NCBI GenBank assembly: GCA_002344425.1
Contig: DDTV01000037.1
Span: 1 to 61,491, forward strand
Length of the DNA stretch: 61,491 nt
Reading direction: 5' to 3'
DNA from: Candidatus Falkowbacteria bacterium UBA2355
GTDB lineage: Bacteria; Patescibacteriota; Patescibacteriia; Patescibacteriales; Patescibacteriaceae
Shown: positions 50,436 through 57,848 of the stretch, one piece after another
Layout: every line of letters starts with the position of its first letter
Position numbering within the stretch: the stretch's first letter is position 1
Notes under the pieces: generated by a model
Database searches by the model: none
What the model saw: the letters and a program-made list of their open reading frames with translations, nothing else
Told to the model about the DNA's origin: nothing
Position numbers and translations under genes: made by a program

Positions 50436-50600
50436 ATGACCACTGCCGTGTGCCCTTTGTGCCATAGCGACGTCATCGTCGATGACGAAGCATATGAGCA
50501 CGATTTAGTGACCTGTGCTAATTGCATGACCGATTTAGAGATAACTTCTCTGACGCCTCTGACTTTAGCGGCGCTTAGCGAAGACGAAAGCCCTGCTTAA
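50436..50600 (+). CDS. LysW-like zinc-ribbon small protein (54 aa, absent from the ORF track)
   Basis: MTTAVCPLCHSDVIVDDEAYEHDLVTCANCMTDLEITSLTPLTLAALSEDESPA; CxxC-17-CxxC; TATAAT upstream; overlaps the murD 3' end convergently. Confidence 0.75.
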   Translation: MTTAVCPLCHSDVIVDDEAYEHDLVTCANCMTDLEITSLTPLTLAALSEDESPA

Positions 50601-51888
50601 ATTGCTGGCCGCGATCTTTATAGTTTTTGAACACGCCGAAGCTAGCACAGGCCGGCGATAAAAGAATAATGTCGCCGGAGGTGGCTTTTTCCTCGGCGGC
50701 CCTTAAGGCTTTGGACATGCTGTCGGTAACGACAGTATTTTTTTTAGGCCAATTAACTTTTTTCAAAGCTGTTAAGAGACGATTCGTACCTTGTCCCTTG
50801 AATAGGACAATAAATTTTACTCGACGCTTAATTAAGCTGGCTAGTTTATTGAAGTTTGATCCTTTGTCAGCCCCGCCGGCCAGAAGAATAATCGGTTGAT
50901 CAAAAGAAGCCAGCGCGGTAATCGTCGAATCGGGCACAGTCGCAAAGCTGTCATTGTAATAAGTAAGCCCTTTTTTTTTGCCGATTAATTCCAAGCGATG
51001 TTCGAGGCCTTTGAAATTCTTTACCGCCGTGGCGATGACTTTAGGAGGAGTGCCTGCGGCTTTAGCGGCTAATTCAGCCGCGGCAATATTTTCTTTGTTG
51101 TGTTGACCCGGCAAAGCGGTCGGTAATTTAGATGTTTTAAAATAAAGCAATTTGCCGGCGGTTTTTTTTATTTTGGATTTGAGTTTATAGTTGACGATAA
51201 ACAAATCGCTTTTTCTTTGAGCGTCGGAGATTTTTAATTTTGATTTCCAGTAATGACTTAGGGTCGGATGATAATTCGGATTATTAGGGTCGGCCGGCTT
51301 CAAATGTTCCGGCCCGAAATTGGTTAAAACGGCAATTTTGGGGCTGGTCTTCATGTCCTCAAGTTGAAAGCTCGAAAGCTCGAGAACCAGCCAGTCGGTT
51401 TTTTTGATTTTTGAAATAAAAGAAAAAGGCGCTACGCCGATATTGCCGCCGAGCCAAACTCGCTTCCGGCCGGCTTTAAGGATTTGATAGATTAAACTGG
51501 CAGTCGTGCCCTTGCCCTTGGTGCCGGTAACGCCGATTATGTTTTGGCTCGGAGATAATTGCATAAATAATTCCATCGGAGAAATCAGCGTGACTGATTT
51601 TTTGTTTAAAGCGCGACGTAGTGAAGAATTGAAATGCGCTCCGGGCGATTTAAGAATCAAAGAAAATTTACTCAAATGTTCAATTGAGCGGGTATCATGT
51701 TCCCATTTTACATTCTGCCATTTTTTAATTTTAGGAAAGCGTTTTTGCAACTCAGCTTTGCTTTGTTTTTCAAAAACGGTAATCGGCGCCGTAATTTTTT
51801 TAGACAATAAATAATCGAGCAGAGCATAATGCTCGGCGCCTAAGCCGATTAGGGCGATAGTTTCTTGATTGAGTTGCTTGAGCGTCAT
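50575..51888 (-). CDS. murD: UDP-N-acetylmuramoyl-L-alanine--D-glutamate ligase
   Basis: Start at 51888 (ATGA overlap with polA stop); KSPG, GVTGTKGKGT, GGNIG, ELSSFQLE, EHRLE, YNDS, LSPACASF. Confidence 0.95.
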   Translation of the reverse strand: MTLKQLNQETIALIGLGAEHYALLDYLLSKKITAPITVFEKQSKAELQKRFPKIKKWQNVKWEHDTRSIEHLSKFSLILKSPGAHFNSSLRRALNKKSVTLISPMELFMQLSPSQNIIGVTGTKGKGTTASLIYQILKAGRKRVWLGGNIGVAPFSFISKIKKTDWLVLELSSFQLEDMKTSPKIAVLTNFGPEHLKPADPNNPNYHPTLSHYWKSKLKISDAQRKSDLFIVNYKLKSKIKKTAGKLLYFKTSKLPTALPGQHNKENIAAAELAAKAAGTPPKVIATAVKNFKGLEHRLELIGKKKGLTYYNDSFATVPDSTITALASFDQPIILLAGGADKGSNFNKLASLIKRRVKFIVLFKGQGTNRLLTALKKVNWPKKNTVVTDSMSKALRAAEEKATSGDIILLSPACASFGVFKNYKDRGQQFKQGFRLR

Positions 51889-54686
51889 ATTTTTTTCATT
51901 ACTTCCCAATTTTTTCCACGTTTGGCTTCGACAACCACCGGTACGGATAATTTTATAACATTTTCCATCAGCCGCTTGAGTTTGGGAACAACTTCATCAA
52001 TCACTTTGGGTTCGGCCTCGAAGACCAATTCATCATGGACTTGTAAGAGCATAGCGACGGTCTTCGGATATGAAATATCAAGCATTTTCTTTATTTCAAT
52101 CATGGCAAGCTTGATTATATCGGCATTAGAGCCTTGAATCGGGGCGTTAACCGCCATTCGTTCGGCACCTTTGCGAATCATGGCATTTTGCGCATTAATT
52201 TCAGGCAAATAGCGCTTGCGACCGAAGATAGTTTCAACATAGCCGTCACGTCGAGCTTTCTCAAGGGTCGAGTCAATATAGGTTCGGACATTGCCATAGG
52301 CGGCAAAATAGCCGTCGATAAAAGCCCGGGCTTCCTCATAGGGAATATCGGCTGTCTGAGCTAGGCCGTGGGGACCTTGGCCGTAAAGAATGCCGAAATT
52401 CACCGCTTTGGCTTTGCGGCGCAATTCCGGCGTGACTTTATCAAGCTTAATTTGATTGATGGCGGCCGCCGTAACCGTGTGAATATCTTGATTCTTTTTA
52501 AAAGCTTCAATCAGCCCCTTGTCCTTAGAAAGATGGGCGGCAATACGCAATTCAATTTGCGAATAATCAAGGCTCAATAATTCATAGCCTTTGCGCGGAA
52601 TAAAACCATGTCTAATTTTCCTTCCCATTTGAGTGCGAATCGGAATATTTTGCAGATTCGGATCAACTGATGACAGTCTTCCGGTCGCGGCGATTGTTTG
52701 ATTGAAAGTCGTATGAACGCGCTTGGTGACGGGATTGACGAGCAGTGGCAAAGTTTTAACATAAGTTGATGATAATTTGCTTAATTCTCGATAAGTTAGA
52801 ATCAAATCAATGACCGGATGAGCGCCCTTTAATTTCAATAATTCTTCGGCGCCGGTGGAAATTCCGGTTTTGGTTCTAGATAATCCGGCAGTGGAAATTT
52901 TTAGCTTATTGAAAAGCACCTCTTGCATTTGCTTGGGCGAAGCAATATTAAATTGCATGTCGCAAAGTTTCCAGATGGATTTTTCTATTTTAGAAATTTC
53001 CTTATCAAGCTCTTTATCAAGTTCGGCGAAGAAGGCAGTATCAAGGCCGATGCCGCTAAGTTCCATATCGATTAAACAGTCGGTCAGCGGCATTTCAATT
53101 CGTTTGAACAAATCATTTAATTTTTGTTTTTTTAATTCCTTTTCAAGTATGGTAAATAGACGGAAGGTTATATCCGCATCTTCACAGGCATAAGAGCCGA
53201 GCCGCTCAACTGGAACCGTTGAAAATTCCAATTTTGTTTTGCCTTGTCCGAGCAATTCACTCGAACTGATTTTTTCAAATTGAAGATAATGCATTGCCAA
53301 GGCATCGAGGCTGTATTGGCGGTTACCGGGGTTAAGGACATAGGCGGCGATCATAGTGTCGAAACCAGCCCCAGCGACATCAATGCCGAATTGTTTTAGT
53401 ATCTTAATATCGAACTTGACGTTGTGGCCGACTTTTTTAACCGCCTTGTCTTCCATAATGCTTTTTAGCTTAAGAAGCCAAGGATGAGGTTTATTGCTTG
53501 ATTGTTTGTTCCAACTTAACAAATCGTTTTTAGGCTTGATGTTAAGCGAGGCTTGGCGCAGGGAAACAAAATAAGCTTCGCCGGCCTTCCAACTGAAACT
53601 CGCGCCGAGCAAATCAGAGGTAAAGGGATCAAGATCGCTTGTTTCAGTATCAAAGGCAAAGCGTTTTTGCAGTTTTAATTTTTTTAAAAAAGCCTCGAAA
53701 GCCTTATCATCGCTGATAAGGGTGTATTTCAAAGTCGAGTCATTACGTTTGAATTTTCCGTCGGTCCTTTCAAGCGTACGTTCGGCCGTAGCCTTTTTCC
53801 CGCCGGTTTCAAGCGCTAAGAGACGAGGAATAAGAGAGCGGAATTCAAGTTCTTGAAATAATTTTAGGGCTTGATCGCGATCAAAACCGCCGAATTTTAA
53901 TTTTTCTTCATCGATATCGAGTTTTATATCGCGCCGGATAGTCGCCAAGTCATGGCTCATCAGCGCTTCGGTCTTATGATCAATTAACAGTTGGCGTATT
54001 CGATCGCTGATTTTTTTGGAGTTTATATTTTTATATAATTTTTCAACCGTGCCGAAGTCGCGCAGAAGTTCAATGGCGGTTTTTTCTCCAATACCTTTGA
54101 CTCCGGGAATATTGTCGCTCGGGTCGCCGCGCAAAGCTTTATATTCCACCATTTGATCAACTTCCAATCCGAAGCGGTCACGGACGGCCGATTCGTCGTA
54201 AACAACGGTGTCCAAAAGACCTCGGCTCATTGTATAAATTTTGGTATGGCTATCGACCAGCTGTAGGGTATCAAGGTCTCCGGTAACAATTATTTTTTCG
54301 GCGTTTTTGACTTTTGTAACCAAGGTTCCAATTACGTCATCAGCCTCGCAGCCTCCGATTTGGAAAGTTGGAATGTTCAAAGTTTCCGCTAATTCTTTGA
54401 CGCGGGGAATTTGAGCATAAAGATCGTCCGGCGCCTTAACTCGGTGGGCCTTATAATCGGAATAAGTCTCGTGCCTGAAATTATGACCTTTTTCATCAAG
54501 CGCCAAGGCAATCATATCCGGCTTCAAGTCTTTAATGGCCTTAAGCAAAAATGAAGCAAAGCCGTAGACGGCATTAACCGGCTCGCCGCTGGTTGTACGC
54601 ATGCTTAAAGGCAGGGCATGAAAACTGCGGTGGATTAAGGCATGACCATCGATAATTAGGAATTTTGGCTTCTTTTTAGGGCTCAT
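51885..54686 (-). CDS. polA: DNA polymerase I
   Basis: 5'-3' exonuclease (EADD, GDPSDNIPGV), 3'-5' exonuclease (FDTET), polymerase A motifs (DYSQIELR, KAVNFGILYG, QVHDE). Confidence 0.97.
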   Translation of the reverse strand: MSPKKKPKFLIIDGHALIHRSFHALPLSMRTTSGEPVNAVYGFASFLLKAIKDLKPDMIALALDEKGHNFRHETYSDYKAHRVKAPDDLYAQIPRVKELAETLNIPTFQIGGCEADDVIGTLVTKVKNAEKIIVTGDLDTLQLVDSHTKIYTMSRGLLDTVVYDESAVRDRFGLEVDQMVEYKALRGDPSDNIPGVKGIGEKTAIELLRDFGTVEKLYKNINSKKISDRIRQLLIDHKTEALMSHDLATIRRDIKLDIDEEKLKFGGFDRDQALKLFQELEFRSLIPRLLALETGGKKATAERTLERTDGKFKRNDSTLKYTLISDDKAFEAFLKKLKLQKRFAFDTETSDLDPFTSDLLGASFSWKAGEAYFVSLRQASLNIKPKNDLLSWNKQSSNKPHPWLLKLKSIMEDKAVKKVGHNVKFDIKILKQFGIDVAGAGFDTMIAAYVLNPGNRQYSLDALAMHYLQFEKISSSELLGQGKTKLEFSTVPVERLGSYACEDADITFRLFTILEKELKKQKLNDLFKRIEMPLTDCLIDMELSGIGLDTAFFAELDKELDKEISKIEKSIWKLCDMQFNIASPKQMQEVLFNKLKISTAGLSRTKTGISTGAEELLKLKGAHPVIDLILTYRELSKLSSTYVKTLPLLVNPVTKRVHTTFNQTIAATGRLSSVDPNLQNIPIRTQMGRKIRHGFIPRKGYELLSLDYSQIELRIAAHLSKDKGLIEAFKKNQDIHTVTAAAINQIKLDKVTPELRRKAKAVNFGILYGQGPHGLAQTADIPYEEARAFIDGYFAAYGNVRTYIDSTLEKARRDGYVETIFGRKRYLPEINAQNAMIRKGAERMAVNAPIQGSNADIIKLAMIEIKKMLDISYPKTVAMLLQVHDELVFEAEPKVIDEVVPKLKRLMENVIKLSVPVVVEAKRGKNWEVMKKI

Positions 54687-54709
54687 AATAAGCTCATTAT
54701 ATCATACAT

Positions 54710-54753
54710 AAAAAACCCCGTCCGTCCGCCGATTGGCGGAGAGACGGGGTTTT
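54710..54753 (-). terminator. Terminator after the DUF378 gene
   Basis: AAAACCCCGTC...GACGGGGTTTT stem carrying an inner TCCGCC-gatt-GGCGGA hairpin. Confidence 0.7.
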
Positions 54754-54764
54754 AGAACCGAAAA

Positions 54765-54965
54765 CTAATTCTTCTTGGCGGCGTTGACGATCATGTAAAG
54801 ACCGCTTAGGCCGACCAAGGCGTAAACGATACGAGCCAAAGTGCTCATATCGCCCAATAAAAAGGCAACCAGGTCGAAATTGAAAATGCCGACCAAGCCC
54901 CAGTTAAGGGCGCCGATGACAACTAGTATAAAAGCTACGTTGCCGAGAGGAGTCATTTTATTCAT
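54765..54965 (-). CDS. DUF378 family protein
   Basis: LVVIGALNWGLVGIFNFDLV...RIVYALVGLSG. Confidence 0.9.
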   Translation of the reverse strand: MNKMTPLGNVAFILVVIGALNWGLVGIFNFDLVAFLLGDMSTLARIVYALVGLSGLYMIVNAAKKN

Positions 54966-55050
54966 ATGAATGAAAATGTTTTTAAAATAAGGGGTCGACC
55001 TTTGTTTTGTTAAGGTACTCTAAGAGCCATTTATATTATACCATATTTTG

Positions 55051-55123
55051 TGGACCCTACCGGGCTCGAACCGGTCACCCCCGCGTTGCAAACGCGGTGC
55101 TCTACCAAATGAGCTAAGGGCCC
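55051..55123 (-). tRNA. tRNA-Ala(TGC)
   Basis: GGGCCCTTAGCTCATTTGGTAGAGCACCGCGTTTGCAACGCGG...GGTTCGAGCCCGGTAGGGTCCA; G3-U70 identity pair. Confidence 0.95.
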
Positions 55124-55133
55124 AAGTATTGTA

Positions 55134-55391
55134 TTATAGTTCGGGGTTGCTCCATTTGAGCAAGGGAGAAAGGACAAATTGCAGGAAACCGCCAATCAAT
55201 CCGGTCATAGTAAGCATTCCCAGGAAAAAAATCAAGAGCCCGATTAATTTATAGCCGAGGCGAGAGCCGCCGGAAGTCCCCAATTTATCTTCAAAAAAAT
55301 CAATTCTTCCGAAAAACTCCAGAAGCTTTTCGGATTTAATGGTAATTAAGGCGCCGACCACGACCATGATAAGACCTATAATGAATTTCAT
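55134..55391 (-). CDS. Small membrane protein
   Basis: Two TMs around FFGRIDFFEDKLGTSGGSRLGYKLIG. Confidence 0.75.
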   Translation of the reverse strand: MKFIIGLIMVVVGALITIKSEKLLEFFGRIDFFEDKLGTSGGSRLGYKLIGLLIFFLGMLTMTGLIGGFLQFVLSPLLKWSNPEL

Positions 55392-55408
55392 ACTTTAAAA
55401 ATAACTTA

Positions 55409-56677
55409 TTATCTGACATAGTTCAACGGGTTGTAACGCGCGCCGTTGATCATTACCTCAAAGTGCAAGTGTGAGCCGGTCGATCGTCCGGTCGAGCCCA
55501 TGCCGCCGATATATTGACCCTTGGTGACACGGTTGCCAACTCGGACGTCAAAAGATGATAAGTGAGCATAACGGGTTTGTTTGCCGCCGCCATGGTCAAT
55601 GACGATTTGGTTGCCGTAACCGCCTCGGTTATAACCGACGGTAGTAACTACGCCGGCATCAGCCGCATAAATCGGCGTACCGATTTTGTTGGCGATATCG
55701 ACGCCGGTATGACGCCAAGAATAGTATTGCGTTATGCGATAACCGGCAGTCGGCCAAACCATTCTACCGCCCGAAGGAATAACCGAAGATGGCTTCTTAT
55801 CAGTTATAATTTGTTTCAAACCAGTGGTAACCTGACGACTGACGCTTTGCGCGGGCGTTGCGCTGGCCAATTGGCTGCCTCCCGGAATCAATAATTTTGC
55901 TCCGGCGGCGATTTGATTGGGATTGGATAAACCGTTGGTTTCTAAGATTGATGACTCTTCAATATCATAAAGTCGGGCGATTTGTCCCAAAGTTTGTCCG
56001 CGGCTGACCGTATGGGTTACACCCGAGGAGGGCAGGATGCGCAACTGATTGCCCGGTTTAATCAAGCTGGTCGCTCGCAGATCGTTTTCCCAAAGAATCG
56101 TATTGATGCTGATGCCGAAGCGTCCGGCAATGCCGCTGATGGTATCGCCGGTTTGAACGGTGTAAACAATGGTACCGGTGCGCGCCGGAGCTTTTTCCGG
56201 AGCGGCCTCAGGCGGAGTTTCTTTGGTAAAAAGAGAATAAGTTGGTTCAACCACGGCATGCTCATGAGCTAAACGCCTTTCCAACTTAGCTACTTCAAGG
56301 TTGGGGTAGTCTTCAATTAATTGTTCGTCTTCGACCGAGCCTTCATTAATTAAAAGCGAAAGTTTGGTTTTGCCAACTAATTCGTCAGACGAAACAACAC
56401 CGGCATCAAAAATCAAATTCGAAAGGGCTATAACTATAGCAATAGCCACAACCAGCATATGAATCGTCAAACGGCCGTGCAGGAAATGCGCCAAGCGGGA
56501 AGTTCCCGGCACGTCGTGCGGAGAAGAAATTTTTTTTCCGGCTAAAACATAGAGTCGGTAAGCCGGCACCAAAAGTTTGTCAAAAACAAGCTGTCCCGCC
56601 CAAGCCAGCGGCTTTACCAGTATGATAACAAAAAAAGCGGTTATGAACCTCTTTGTGTGGATGATCAATTTTAGCAA
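55409..56677 (-). CDS. LysM-containing M23 family peptidase
   Basis: Two LysM repeats (YTVQTGDTISGIA, HTVSRGQTLGQIA); HTGVD, YAH, STGSHLHFEV; start uncertain. Confidence 0.92.
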   Translation of the reverse strand: MLKLIIHTKRFITAFFVIILVKPLAWAGQLVFDKLLVPAYRLYVLAGKKISSPHDVPGTSRLAHFLHGRLTIHMLVVAIAIVIALSNLIFDAGVVSSDELVGKTKLSLLINEGSVEDEQLIEDYPNLEVAKLERRLAHEHAVVEPTYSLFTKETPPEAAPEKAPARTGTIVYTVQTGDTISGIAGRFGISINTILWENDLRATSLIKPGNQLRILPSSGVTHTVSRGQTLGQIARLYDIEESSILETNGLSNPNQIAAGAKLLIPGGSQLASATPAQSVSRQVTTGLKQIITDKKPSSVIPSGGRMVWPTAGYRITQYYSWRHTGVDIANKIGTPIYAADAGVVTTVGYNRGGYGNQIVIDHGGGKQTRYAHLSSFDVRVGNRVTKGQYIGGMGSTGRSTGSHLHFEVMINGARYNPLNYVR

Positions 56678-56790
56678 AGATAACAGTAAACTTACCGCTA
56701 TCCGTTTTATGTTATTACTAATATAATTAGCTTTATAACAATTTGCAAACCATCATATGATACCATAAAGAAGGTTTGCGGTCAATCGGC

Positions 56791-57048
56791 TTAACGTTTG
56801 CGTTTTGATTTTTTTTCTTCGTCTGATGAAGAGAACAATTCAATCGCTTTGCGCAAGCCGGTAAAAGCAATTTCTAAATAAGAGGCGGTTGAAGTGATTT
56901 TTTCTTTAACTTTATGAATGACTTGATAGGTTTGCTTGAAAGTCATTATCGCATAGTATAAAAACCAAGCGAGAAAGGCGGTTAACCATAAAGCGCAGAG
57001 AGCTAAAACTAGAAAAAGTATGTCTTGGCTGTTGGAAATGAATTGCAT
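56791..57048 (-). CDS. Hypothetical membrane protein
   Basis: N-terminal TM, helical region and basic tail; packed in the operon. Confidence 0.7.
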   Translation of the reverse strand: MQFISNSQDILFLVLALCALWLTAFLAWFLYYAIMTFKQTYQVIHKVKEKITSTASYLEIAFTGLRKAIELFSSSDEEKKSKRKR

Positions 57049-57054
57049 ATGATT

Positions 57055-57432
57055 TTAATGTTTAATATATTCGTCGATTGGTTCGCCGATGCGGGCCTCT
57101 TCAAAAACTATGATGCCGGAATGATCGTCACCGACGCCGAGTTCATCAGCGGCGCAGAGCATGCCTTCGGAATCAACGCCGCGAATGGCGGCCTGTTGGA
57201 TAACGGCGCCGGTCGGCAAGGTTGCGCCGACCAAAGCTACCGGAACTAATTGCCCGATAGCAATGTTGGGAGCGCCGCAGACGATTTTCAAGCGGCGACC
57301 GATATCAACCGTTGTTAAGCGCAGGCGATCGGCATTGGGATGAGCTTCGATGTCGACAATCTTGCCGACAACAACCTTAGGAAAGCGGGTGGTTTTGGTT
57401 TTTTTGGCAAACCAAGAAGAAAAAAAAGACAT
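57055..57432 (-). CDS. Stand-alone tRNA-binding OB-fold protein (PheT-B2/YtpR-like)
   Basis: HPNADRL, IVCGAPN, IRGVDSEGMLCAADELG. Confidence 0.85.
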   Translation of the reverse strand: MSFFSSWFAKKTKTTRFPKVVVGKIVDIEAHPNADRLRLTTVDIGRRLKIVCGAPNIAIGQLVPVALVGATLPTGAVIQQAAIRGVDSEGMLCAADELGVGDDHSGIIVFEEARIGEPIDEYIKH

Positions 57433-57435
57433 AAA

Positions 57436-57828
57436 TTATTTTGACCGCAGGCGGTCCGATTCAAGACTTAAAAGTAAAAATTCCAGAGCCGTCAAACAGA
57501 CGATTAAAAGTCCGAGATTCAGCCAGCTGAAAATATCGCGAGAAAATATAAAGAGCAAGGCGCTGATCAAGATGGCGGCGAAAAACCCCTGTCTGAAGGC
57601 GACTAGGACGGAACGTACGATCAGCTCGTGTTTTAGAAAAAGGAAGCGGATGATAAAACCGATGATTGAACCCGTTCCGGTAACCGCCATTATAAGTGTA
57701 ACATAGAACAAAACAATGCCAAGCCAATTGCTGCTTTGCGGGTCAACCATCAAAACTACTATACCAAAGCCGAGCCAGGCGACGAGCGTGGCAATAATCA
57801 TTAAAGCAAGGTAGGTTTTTAGAGTCAT
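57436..57828 (-). CDS. Four-TM hypothetical membrane protein
   Basis: VDP, FY and AFRQG motifs with four hydrophobic helices. Confidence 0.75.
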   Translation of the reverse strand: MTLKTYLALMIIATLVAWLGFGIVVLMVDPQSSNWLGIVLFYVTLIMAVTGTGSIIGFIIRFLFLKHELIVRSVLVAFRQGFFAAILISALLFIFSRDIFSWLNLGLLIVCLTALEFLLLSLESDRLRSK

Positions 57829-57848
57829 AAGTATATTATACTGCTTCC

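Noticed and set aside
54988-55003. GGGGTCGACC upstream of DUF378, near tRNA-Ala, as another repeat copy
   Set aside because: Only GGGTCG is shared and the conserved TTATYTTATAA arm is absent at the expected distance.
55048-55254. 68-aa + strand ORF
   Set aside because: Antisense to tRNA-Ala and to a membrane-protein gene; a typical tRNA shadow ORF.
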